Positions 26,601 to 37,882 of a stretch of DNA of 64,000 bases are shown here, piece by piece. Each line of letters starts with the position of its first letter. Position 1 is the first letter of the stretch. The notes below the pieces were generated by a model. It made no database searches. It worked only from the letters and a program-made list of their open reading frames with translations, and was not told where the DNA came from. The stretch is from Tubulanus polymorphus (Eukaryota; Animalia; Nemertea), in NCBI RefSeq assembly GCF_964204645.1, contig NC_134035.1, positions 3,906,001 through 3,970,000 on the forward strand, given 5' to 3'. The position numbers were made by a program, and so were the translations under genes.

Positions 26601-29600
26601 TCATTAGCAGTTATAGCCACGACAGATCTCTCGCTTGTACGTGTTCTCCTCGCTCGAATGCGGAGAAAGCGAACTTCTCTGTGAAGAGACGCCTTGAACG
26701 CATGAACTCCCGATCTTTCCGATCTTCACTCGCTTGTAATGAATAATATAGTTATCATCCGCACTGGATAAATTACTTACATCAGCTAAATGCCCTGATC
26801 GTATACCGTACAATTGTTATCGTGACGAAAACACTGAATGCAACCATTCGACCCGGTGAATATTGCTAGAAAGCGGTGCTACATCTGATAACTTAACATC
26901 TTGAATGTATCATACTCCGGCTATTACTTATATCATATTGTTCATTACTTATATCATACTGTTCATTACTTATATCATATTTTTCATTACTTATATCATA
27001 TTGTTCATTACTTATATCATACCGTTCATTACTTATATCATATTGTTCATTACTTATATCATATTGTTCATTACTTATATCATATTGTTCATTACTTATA
27101 TCATATTGTTCATTCATTAATTTCGTAAAAATTCATACCATATCAAAAATACATTTTTTCATGTATTTTTACATAATGATGCCTTGGATCATGAATTGAG
27201 ACCGGGGTCGTGCCTCCTTCCTATACCACCCCCACCTTCAACCGATGACTCGGGTTAAAGATGAGACAGTCATTGAAATTTGATTACATTTTCTTTGTGA
27301 AGCTCTCTAAGGAAATGTCACGTTCCGTTTGGAACGAAGCCGCACTTTAATGTTAGATTCTATCTTGTTTTCGAAGTTGTTTTTGCGACCTATTATCCGA
27401 TGTTCAAGGTTGTTCTTCTATTTTTGCAAGGCCGTTGGCGCTCTATCTGAGATCCACGATGACCTTTAGATGTACAGTCGTGACCTAATATCTTAAAACT
27501 GTTCACAAGACTCTGGTCGTTAGATTGACTCCAGGAATGACATGTTCTTAGACCGGTCTTAAATTCAGGTCAGACTGGCGCAAGTCCTCTGATCTACAAA
27601 ACACCTTTGATAGACTAAGGGTATTCCTGGATCACGCCTACCATACTAACAATGAGGAACCATGGTAAAAACAGAATCTTCGAAATGTTCAAAGGATTAT
27701 TTTGCTCATCTATGAAAACCCGTAGCCCACGTCGATAACCAAGCCCCGTTTCAGGCGATAGCTACGGGATTTCCTTTCAAAGATATAGGAAAGACTCCCC
27801 TCCATTTTTTGGATAGTTCGATGCACAATGAAATTATTTGTACGGATCAACGTCTAACGCACAGAAATACACCTGAAAACCAAATGCATTTTCGCAGATG
27901 TCCATAAAGAGTGTCTGAGCACGCCATAATTATTGCAGTTACATTATGTCTTACGGCGCAGAGCTTTCTAGCGTGTTATCGCGTCTCGCTGGTTCTTGTT
28001 GATTGGAGAAAAGAAGCAATTTATAATTCTCTATATGGTGATTGGGCTCTGTCGCAAGCAGGTCTAATTCCACCGCTTCACTCTAGACATTGAACAATCG
28101 AATTCATACCAACAGCCTTGTAGTTTCTGGCTTACCCGCGGCAATGATCTTGGTCGTCACCTGCGTATTGATATACACAGCGAGCAAGACATCAAAATGC
28201 GCCGCATGCGATCCTTTATTTTCCGGGTTTATGCTCGATTTGCCGATCAAACAAGGGCTGAGTGATGGTCAACGCAGTCGGTTGCGTGGGAACCGAACCG
28301 AAATTCGGCAGAATATACATCAAACAGACCTAGTCGGAGTCGACTGGCTATTTGCGAACTTAAGTCACACGGAGGCGATTTGGCACCCGTGTGAACAGAG
28401 TTGTTCCGTGCAAAATTTGGCAAGAGCCAAATTTGGCCCGGACCAAAAATTTTCGTGTGATCGTGGCTTAAGTGAAACCGAATGTCAGTAGTCAGAAATG
28501 TAGTCCGGAAATAGTCATCTGTACGGAATTCAGCACGTTCGCACCATAGTTCGGACCAATATTTCCAAGATGGCCGACACTGTGAAATGCCTTACGACCG
28601 AACTGCGTTCGGTTATTAGTTCCGATTACTAGTCGACTAGCTACGAAAACGAAGTTCCCTCTTGAACTAGCTGAACGGTCGCCACCACGTTCCAAAAGAG
28701 CGACTTGCTTTCACGAAAGCTCGCCAGCGCAATTGATATCATGCGATTGGATTTTTTAAGAAGGATTTAAAACGAAGCTTTCATATTCTATTCGATTCAG
28801 TAATCGGATTATACGCAATCCCGTACAATATCAGGCCGATCCTGAGCTATCTATCTCTCTCCGTCGTCTCTATGTCATTCTCGCTCGAATCCCTCGGGTG
28901 TCGCGTCTGTTCGGTGTTTGATTGCAAATCTCGGCATTCGTCCGATGGGATGAACGTGTGTCGGCGGCCAGCATGTGTCTCGCCGTGCGAGGATAAAGGT
29001 TGTAATCAGCGGCAGTATCTCCCACGGCGATACGGATAACTACGTAACTCGATCGTTAGGTGCGAGAACGACACAAATACTGATTTCGCCTTTTTTTCTA
29101 ATATTAACTTATTCATACGGCGAGCTTTCGATTAAAAAGCATTGCGGCGGCCACACGGAAAGTACAGCCATTAAAGGAGCCAAGATTAGACATTTTGTCG
29201 TCATTGTTGTCAGAATGACCGCGAGCGTGAGCGAAAAGTATCCTGTTTCGAAGGTCACCTCAAACGATACCCGAGGCCAGGGCTGAATTGCACCAAGGGC
29301 AGCTACCTGGTCACGGCAGCGACTATGGAACTGAACTCCGAGGTCAGAGATCTTAATACTGGTCGTAAGTTGTCAGATTGGCCATAGAACTAAGATGATC
29401 TGCCATGACTTCGGAATGGGCCCCGTCTTAAATCGTAAAATAGTATTATGTCGTTAGATTGGCTATAGAATTAAGATAGTCTTAGACTGGGTCTTAAGTC
29501 TAACCCATGACTATGGAACCAATTCCTGAGGTCTTAGATGTTTAGACTTGTCTTATAAGTCGTTAGATTAGAGACACACGTTGGTCTTAGACTGGTCTCG

Positions 29601-30698
29601 AAATGTAAGCCGTGACTAGCCCCAGTGACTAGTCCTAGGCCTAATGAGATGGATTGTTCACTGTTAATCAAAAATATCGGTCGAAACGAAAGTAACGAAA
29701 ATTAGCAGTTATTGTTTTGTAGTCGCGGTTAGCTCATAGCCACAGGTAACAACCACAAAAGGTTCTCATTAACGGTTAGTTTGTACATGTAGATTGGCCA
29801 CAGTTGATCGCCGAAGGTTCCTCTATTAGCGGTTAGCCTGGTAGATTAGCCACCGAAAACAACCACAAAAGGTTGCTATAAACTTCAGGGTCATATACAA
29901 ACTAGACGTGCAACTGATATTCAAATTTCTAGCTAGCTGCATCAACGGTTGCAATAAGCTAATTATTAGATGGAACGATGCTAGGGCGAAATACAAGGAT
30001 GAAAATATAGAAATACCGAGTCCGAAATGTTTCTTTAAACAGGGTTTCTGTAAGCTAGTAGTTTATTTTCAACATTTTCGATTATATATGATTTTTATAC
30101 CCGAATGTTTTTATTATAGAAATTTTAGGGTTCAATAAAGTTGTGTTTTATTGTATTTTATTGTATTGTATTTCCTAAAGTTTGCTCTATTTTAGATTTG
30201 TTTAGTTCTGTTTTTACGTCTAGTTTGTATCAACACTTTTCATTATACACAAGTCTCTGGATTGGAATGTATATTTCTCAACTTCTGCTGTGCAGTAACT
30301 GTGCGGTAGTCCTGAGGATGAGTTTCCAGTTGCAGTCGAAACGTTGGAATAAACTACAGCCCGAGAAAGCATTCCGGGTTCGTTTTTCTTTAAGCTTCGC
30401 AAGGTTTTTTACCTTTCTCTCCTCGCAAATAGATATTTCACCTACCTGTCAGTGTCGATATGGCGTAAATGCAACCGTTTCCTACTCCGTTCACCAGACC
30501 CGTTACGGCGGTACATTTAACCAGCCAGTGCAGGCCTTTTCCGCCACCGAATTCATCGACTGTTAGCTTTTTCAAGAAGCAAACGTTGACGATCAACGAC
30601 ACCAAAACCGCAAAAATATATCCGGCGGCGGTAACGAAAGTGGACACCGGCGGCGGCGTTTTGAAATCCATTTCGGTTGAATTCGACTCGAAGACCAT
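14639..30698 (-). CDS. Class A (rhodopsin-family) 7TM GPCR, opsin-like but without the retinal Lys, 495 aa. Exons 30698-30446, 18180-18078, 16964-16819, 16259-15876, 15240-14639
   Basis: All introns are GT-AG with matching phases (1,2,1,1); 1488 nt in total. Motifs: N-terminal NST sequon, TM1 ...LIVN, ECL1/TM3 KWVMTYIGCQLYG, ER(M) at the DRY position, TM4/ECL2 SPIYAWGEFG...HCSLDF, TM7 GYPVCY (NPxxY-like), tail SCLC. Confidence 0.85.
15876..16259 (-). CDS. Symmetric phase-1/1 exon (128 codons) encoding an extracellular SEA/ferredoxin-like module in GPCR ECL2
   Basis: Acceptor TTGTTCCAG, donor G|GTTAGT, open frame, four N-glycosylation sequons (NTS, NES, NAT, NVT) and four Cys. The fold call is inferred from the hydrophobicity pattern only. 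Confidence 0.7.
20975..21284 (-). mobile_element. tRNA-derived SINE, near full-length, in GPCR intron 1
   Basis: Reverse strand: A/B-box head (GGCGAGT...GTTCGAACCCC), then CAAGACACTTATCCTCATTG...CCCAGGAGTAAATTGGGTACCTGG, resembling Deu/Nin-type SINE cores; homologous to 936-1380. Confidence 0.65.
26923..27113. repeat. 21-bp minisatellite ATTACTTATATCATATTGTTC, ~9 copies
   Basis: Head-to-tail units with no spacers. Confidence 0.95.
29320..29620. repeat. Dispersed repeat with internal ~45-bp units TTAGATTGGCTATAGAACTAAGATGGTCTTAGACTGGTCTTAAG; also ~20215-20325, ~27480-27580, ~43245-43290, ~47925-48150
   Basis: The same motif recurs at five loci. Confidence 0.7.
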
Positions 30699-31038
30699 CG
30701 TGAGAAAATAGCCCCCCGAAATATCCGAATAATCGACGCTGATAGTTTATCAACACGTGTTTAGTCGCATCCACCGATTCGTGAAACTGCAGGCGAAAAT
30801 GTCACCAGGTATTTACGCGCTGTTCCCGGAGCTGCGTCAGCCGTCGAATAGATAGACAGTCGTTGTAGCCGCCTCGTCGGGTCGGAGCATGTCGCTATAC
30901 TGCGATTACTTAACGTCTGCGAACGCGACGATTTTACACGCGGATGCGACATTTCGTTTCGCCGTATCTATCACGTTTATCTAGAATATTTCGTATAACC
31001 ATTAAAAAAACACCGCAGCCGTCTAGACGGTAATCTGT

Positions 31039-31188
31039 GTAGCCAATCCCACAATAATGGCGAAATAATAATTTTAAGTCAGAAAATGTTTCCTAGGTTA
31101 TGATAGTCTTTGTCGCCGTTTCGACTATATTCTGATAGTCATCTTTAGGAATACCGTCAATTTTCGTAATTATTGTGGCATTCGCTAC
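31039..31188 (-). mobile_element. Fold-back element with degenerate hammerhead, same family as 52221-52452
   Basis: Inverted arms 31039-31067 / 31160-31188; minus strand CTAAAGA-TGACTAT-CAGAAT-ATAGTC-GAAAC. Confidence 0.55.
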
Positions 31189-31793
31189 CGATAGAATTCA
31201 CGGTTGGAAAATGCCATGTGTGGCCGCGTCGAATCATACTTCCGATACGGTTTAAACGCGACACTTTTCAATCGGACGTATCGGCGGCTGCTACCGGCAT
31301 GTTTTCTGCAGTTATCAATTTACCGTACGCGATCGATGCCTAGACGACGAAATCCGCAATATCGTATGACGTTCGCTTGACTGGTTTCCTATCGTCCCTG
31401 GTGGTTGGTTTTTTCGCCCGCGAGTCCCGGCGTATACGCTATCGTCTGTCGAATGTGGCGTAAACAGCAACAAATTCTCATATCGCCACATATGTTTAGA
31501 GGCAGTAGCCTACATCATTGGTGAGCTGAGAGATACGATAAAGCTTTATTCTCCGCCAGACTGAGATATAACGTTGGGGAGGTCTGAAACCCCTGGTTTC
31601 GCTCCCGACAAGCGTGGTGGGTCTGTAAAGGGACACTCAATCAAAAAAAAAAAAAAATTTACCAACCAAATAAATAACAGGGTCAATCCCTATTGTAAGA
31701 TAAAAAGGAGGTCTAAAAATGTAATTTCTTACAACAGAATAACGAACAGTATAAGATACTTTGAAGGTTGATAGATTTGTAGTTTTTCTTTAA

Positions 31794-31835
31794 GTACGAG
31801 CTTTCGTTACCTGTGCATTTGAGGCTCGTCAGGTA
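31794..31835 (-). ncRNA. Minimal type I hammerhead ribozyme motif
   Basis: TAC-CTGACGA-(imperfect stem II)-GAAAG-CTC-GTA; stem I TAC/GTA. Confidence 0.5.
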
Positions 31836-32522
31836 AACGAATCAAAAAATATTTGGGAAATACAATTTCTTTACAATACAACTACACGGAGAAATCTAAC
31901 AAGAATAGATTTGAATATACAGAGGTAATTTGGCTTCACAATTTATTAGTTTACGAAGTGAGTGCTCAACGCGAGCAATATACCCATTCCGGAGTCTTCC
32001 CCACGCGTAGAGGAGGTTGTCGGGTGAATTGACCAGGATTTTGTGTAATACGATATTTTCAAAACCGTGAAAAAGTTGTGTTTCTAAATCTCATCTTCAA
32101 TAGTATTTTTGTTGGATCCAAAAATTAAATAAAAAGTTCATTAAGTGCGAATAATTAATTTTTTTTTCTATATCTTATGTACATGTATGTATCTACAACT
32201 TTGATACCTCAACAACTAAGAATAAGGACATTGCTTAAAGCAAATGTTGTACGGGAATATCGAATGTTTTGAATACTCCTCGGCTGCAAGATGTCTTGAC
32301 GTCTATTGAAGCGGAGCTCGGAGATTTCTATAATACGTTTCTTTATCCTGTAATTTCAAATATTCTATTTTCTAAACTGATCAGTTCTCCACCTGACCCC
32401 CGCGGGTGTGACTTAGTCTGTTATGGAGCTTTCTACAACCGGCCGCTCAGCTTTTGCGGCAAATAAACTTAAGATATAAAGAAAAATACCTCCATCGTAG
32501 CGATACCGGAGTCTTCACGTGG

Positions 32523-32556
<34 letters not shown>

Positions 32557-34505
32557 CAATAGCACCCCTTCAGTTAACGGCGAACACGCATCAGACCTAT
32601 AAAATCTGTTATTATATGGTAACGTTGCCATAGTAATTGGTGTTTTCTCATGATCGGGGCCCGCTAAAGACGTCACCGACCATGATGTATTCGATGTTGA
32701 TTATATGTTTTGTACACACAGTGAAAAAGCTCTAGTCGTGGACCGTGCGTCAGAGAAGCACATATAACGAATCAACCATGCAATGCACTTTCTGTTTTTC
32801 AAAACGACATCTATCATCCGAGGGATTTATTTTTCGAATTTGATCCTGACGAATAAGTTATTTTATTTTGCATTTAGCCGAAGAGGCCATTTTGTACAGG
32901 CAAAACAACGCCGAAGCCCATTTGGGTTATGCAGCCAACCTAACAACTTGGGGTCAGTTGTTTATGATTCTTGACTGCGCAACTTGTGTCATAGAATGAT
33001 ACCCGTCCCGTTTTTGTGCCACCATAGATTTAAGGATTAAGGGTTAGGGGTTAAGCGCAGCAGGCCCATCATGACTCAATGCTTAATCCGTCAATCTGTT
33101 TTGGGTATCAGACATCGAGGGCACCTGATTCTATGACACCGGAACCAGTGTTACGCGCACGAGCTGTACGCCCGCTCCTGGTTCGATCCCCGGAGAGTGC
33201 TCGTTATACTTAATTGCGTCATCCTTATCGTTTCACCAGTATCGTCGATAATTGTTTGGAAATATCCCGCGGTGTTTTGTAATTATTTTAGCTATATGTA
33301 TCACTGTCATTGCGCCGTGCTTTTCGTGTCGGTTGCTGTCAGTGGGGAATGCCTATACAGGATTCAAAACGTTTTTTGCATCAATTTCCTCAGCAATTCG
33401 CTGGTTTTTAAAAACGTGAAATTTCCGTTAAGATATGATAATAACACTTATTCGAAAAAGGTTTTTATTTGTTTATACGTTGCAGTGTATTGCAAATCTT
33501 AAAACAATAGACTCGATGACAAACACTGTGTACTGGCTTATCGTGTAGCCAATTAGACGTTTGGCTTTTGAATCCATACTTCTTTGGGTTCGGACACATA
33601 AAAGGTGTCAGTAATTGGGGAATATCCCTATATTCTGACACTTAGTTAATTACCTTGGCTGTAACACGATTCATTAGGTTTCATTTCCGCGACGTGGATA
33701 GACGAAATCTCTGATTAAAGCAATGCAAATTTTGCCATTTGGACAAAATATCATCATCTCCGGCAAACCGTTTTGCCTTCATAGTAACAAGCCGCCTCTT
33801 TGGTAAACGAGAAAGTGATTAAACACGATTTGATCTGCTTCGGGTAGATTTTCAACCGCCATCAATCACGGGGCCTTTTTTACTGCAGAAACGATACTGC
33901 GTTAAATCTGTAGTGTGTATAAAATAACGATTGTTATTGTAGATTTTGTTCATTCACATTATCGCTTTTTAGCACCAACAACTCAAAAAAATACCGTAAA
34001 CAACACTGAAATTGCAACCGGTAAGAAAGTAAGGTTCCGCCCGTTTGCCATTTATTTACCCAACCACTTCCGCCTGGTCCATTCGAGGAAATTGACGTCT
34101 AGGCGCACACACAGTAGTGTGGAATAGCCGAATAGAGTACGAGGTTAAATTCAGGGTTTATATATGCATAGTGGCAGCGACACTTGAAGAATAGATTAAA
34201 ACCCATTATGTATGCAACAAACGATTAAAAACCAAATACATTTGATCAAAAATCAAAACTCGGAAGACATGACGTTTCTTTTGACTTTCGCACACATGAC
34301 GATGGTCCCTAAAAGGGGGAGAGAGAGAGAGAGTTTAAAACGTCGTGTTTTCTGACTTTAATTTTGCAAGATAAACTTTGATCTTATATATGAATTCAAT
34401 AGAATAGTGATTTTGATAGCCAGCCAGCATTCGACATTATGCTACGTTTTGGTGTATTTAGAAGGCCAATCTGTCTGACAGCCGTTTCTAGTATTTCCTC
34501 GTTCT

Positions 34506-34537
34506 GGGGATTCCCAGTTCTATTCAATTTCCCTTTC
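34506..34537. promoter_or_regulatory. Adjacent NF-kB site (GGGGATTCCC, 34506-34515) and IRF element (TTTCCCTTTC = GAAANNGAAA, 34528-34537)
   Basis: Both match consensus exactly and lie ~420-440 bp upstream of the TPR-TIR start codon. Confidence 0.5.
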
Positions 34538-34949
34538 GATTTGGGTTTCAGGGTACTGTGTGATATAGCTTCGTTATTTTCATTGAAAGTGCAATGCTTT
34601 TGTAAAGCATTTTGCTAAGAAAAATTTTGTAAGAAAACTTCTCGTTTCATTATTTGAAAAGGTCATATTTTGTTCATGTATATTGTATATCCTATCAGGG
34701 ACAGACAGAAAATCAAGACACAAACAACGTTGTCTTTTAAAAAAAATTAAACGTCATGTTATGCAACAGCTGTTGGACTATCGGTATATGTTAGTATATA
34801 CACTCGCTTTCTATGTACGAGCCCGGGTTCGATCCTAGGTGCGCGTATAGGAAATTCGCTTCTTAATATCGTTTAACAGTCGAAACCGATCTACAAAACG
34901 CGAGACGTACGTCGCCTCCTGCTGTATATAGCTACACACATCCGGCAAA

Positions 34950-37513
34950 ATGTTAAGATCAGTAACAGAAGAAAATCTACGGCGCCTTCCGAACCATTTC
35001 CAATACGTGGACAACGAGCGTTCGTGTTTACAATTTCAGCTGATACCAGACACTGATACTGCGCACGGATACCTTGATTACCGGCTCGAAGCGCTACATT
35101 GCGATTCGGACAAAGTCTACGGCGAAAGTGAAACAAATAACAATCTAAATGATTTTTTCGTTCGAGCCGCTGGAACTCTGAGGATATTTGTCGAGTATCA
35201 ACTCAGCTCGTCGAATACAACTACCGACGTGGAAAAAACTCTGCAAGGCTTCCAAAGTCAACGATACAAATCGCTATCCGGTTTGGAAAGTGTTGTGGCA
35301 CTGACAGACTGCGCGTACGTTTGTTTCAGACATAACCGAGTCTCCGAGGCGACAGAGTTTCACGAAAAAGCGAAGCGACTGTACGATGAAAATGCGCTTG
35401 CTAAAATATCAGCGTGGGGTGAGATAGCGTATTCGCATCGACGACTAGGACCCAGGCACATACACAGAGCTAAACTCATGTTTTCGCACGCGCTCGATTA
35501 CATAGATGATCACGTCGATGACCTGACGCCGCGAGATGCGGTGGAACTTCTGAAGGCCATTTTTCAGATGGAGTTCTGTAAGATGATCCACAGGCGCTTG
35601 CACTCGTCGCTGCTGATGGAATGTCCTGAAGAGTTCGACGTTTATTCCGACGTTTGCGACACCAACGTTAAAAAAGCGGCCGCGATGATTCAAAATCTAC
35701 TCGACAGAAATGTCCACCCGATTCTAACCGGTCGTGCTTGGGCGCACATCATTGAAATAACCATTCGTTATAAAGATGCCCAAATCGCTCTGGAACGGTT
35801 GAATCCGACACCGTTTAGATTAGAAGAATTTGAAATATTACCACGAAAATGTCTGACCATTCACGCATCTCGGGAATGGCTCTACAACGAGTATCGTTTG
35901 TCGAAAGACAAGAAAACGTTAACGATTTTGGGTCGTCTGCTAAAATACGATAATCAAATTGATAGGGCAATCGAAATATTTGAACGCGCACTTGAATTTG
36001 GAAGGGAATCGTCGTGTTATCATCATTTGAGCATCATATACAGAAATAGAGCTTTCGACGACTTCGAACTACATTCGCAAACCGATAGATTGGCGCTGTC
36101 TACAGAATGTCCTCCTCCGCTGGAAGTCGACTGTAGCGATCGAATAAAGTATCTGACGGTTCCACCGATAAACGTTAAGGGTAACTTACGAGAAACCAGC
36201 GATAAATATCGACGGATTATTCGTGTACCAGGTTGGTATGTTCATTTGTCTTTAAACGTTTAATACTATCACGGTATATATCTATTTTGTCTTAATTGCT
36301 TTCAGATGATGAAAACATGAAGCGAGCTTTGCATTACATCGAACAAGCTCATGAAATAGACGTCAACGCGGCCACATTTCTGAAAGAAAAAGCACACATT
36401 TTGTCGTGTCTTTCCCAAGATCTTGAAAACGATTTCGACAAAATCTATGATCTTCTGGACAAGGCTCTAAAGGAAAATCGCTTTCGACCTAATTGCGATA
36501 GGGGTCAAGTGTATGAGTTGATGGCTTTGCTTTGTAGAGACACAACAAAACGTCACAATGATTTCCCCACGTTTTATTACAAAGCCGTGAAGAATATGGG
36601 CGAAATAGGCATGCTTCCACCCGTGGCATTTCCAGATCTGAGTGACCTGCTTTACAAGGCGGCAGAGAAGTCAGACAACCCGTCCGAAGCTTTGCGCTTC
36701 TATAAGGAGTTGGTCGATTTGTACGACGCGACTGGTCAGATGCACGAAGCCGTGGCCGGATTCCTGGTTTTAGCCTTAGTACAAACTGCGGTGAAAAGCG
36801 GCGAGGAGAAACTGATTTTGGGACGACTCGTGACGACCTACGTTCAAATGGACGATTTTGAAAGGGCTGGGCACTGTCTGAATCAACTGATCGAAAACTG
36901 CGACGGGTTACGCAATAGCGACATAACCGCCGAGCTTTACTGGAAAGTTCGGAAAAACAACGGGCAGTTTAAGTTGGTTATTGAGGAGGTTTATCCCGAC
37001 GCGGCGGAAACTCCCGTCTTGTTCGTCGTGTCTGCGAAGGACAGCAAACAAGAGATCGCGCAGAATGTCAGTGACTCGATCAAGCAACTCGGCTTCAAAA
37101 ACCTGATGAATCCGCAGATTGACGGGTTACCCGGTCAACCGAATATCGGTCAGTTCGGAGAACTGATTGAACGGTCGAAGGTGATAGTGATTTTGTTCAC
37201 GGAAGAAATGTTCGTAGACAACGAAATAGGTTTAGTCATTCGAGAATGCGCAGCGATGAAAAGACGCAGTCAAGTGATCACTGTTTTCACCCCGGGCATC
37301 CAGGAAAAATCCACCGAACTCGACCACGACGCCGAGGACATTTTCATGATTTGTCGGCATCTTTCCAACGCGCAAGTTCCGCGCGACGCGGAGAAAAACG
37401 ATGAATTCGAGGAAAGATTTGTGGAGGCGATTCTTGAGCGGAATCGGTCGCTGAAGTACGCCATTTCTGAAAACGCGAGCGAAGCCGAGGCGATGCGTGA
37501 GAATACACGCTAA
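34950..37513 (+). CDS. IFIT/TTC22-like tetratricopeptide-repeat protein with C-terminal TIR domain, 829 aa. Exons 34950-36231 and 36306-37513
   Basis: Two long ORFs joined by a 74-nt phase-1 GT-AG intron; in-frame stop upstream of the ATG. LRRLPNHFQY and WGEIAYSHRRLGPRHIHRAKLMFSHAL resemble IFIT/TTC22. TPR helices such as LGRLLKYDNQIDRAIEIFERALE. TIR-like LFVVSA...DGLPGQPNIGQFGELIERSKVIVILFT. Confidence 0.85.
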
Positions 37514-37619
37514 ATCTAGTTCCGATTTTCAAAATAACTAATGAACTAAATCAACAAAGATATCATCCCGCAATACCTCTAGTCCGAAAGGTTTCCTTGG
37601 GCTGGTAGTTTATTCAACG

Positions 37620-37882
37620 CTTTGACTTCATCCTTATAGGAATATGCACTATAGCGTGACAACGCAATATGAGATACACATATCGCGTCATTTAAACTGT
37701 GATTTTAACTTTAAGATAAGAAAGACGAACGAGTCCGAACTGTTATTTTTTAGCTATTAATTTACTCATTTTTCGACTTCATCCTCTGGAATATGTACTA
37801 TACAACGCAATATGAGATATACATATCACGTCATTTAAACTTTGATTTTAACTTTAAGATAAGAAAGATGAACGAGTCCGAA
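37620..37882 (+). repeat. ~115 bp direct duplication in the presumed 3' UTR
   Basis: ACAACGCAATATGAGATA(C/T)ACATATC...AACGAGTCCGAA occurs twice. Confidence 0.85.

Noticed and set aside
26893-27128. NEQYDIS-repeat ORF or CRISPR-like array
   Set aside because: Pure 21-bp tandem minisatellite with no spacers; the ORFs arise from a stop-free unit
36232-36305. Two separate genes or a frameshifted pseudogene for ORFs 34950-36263 and 36296-37513
   Set aside because: A canonical 74-nt GT-AG intron joins them in frame
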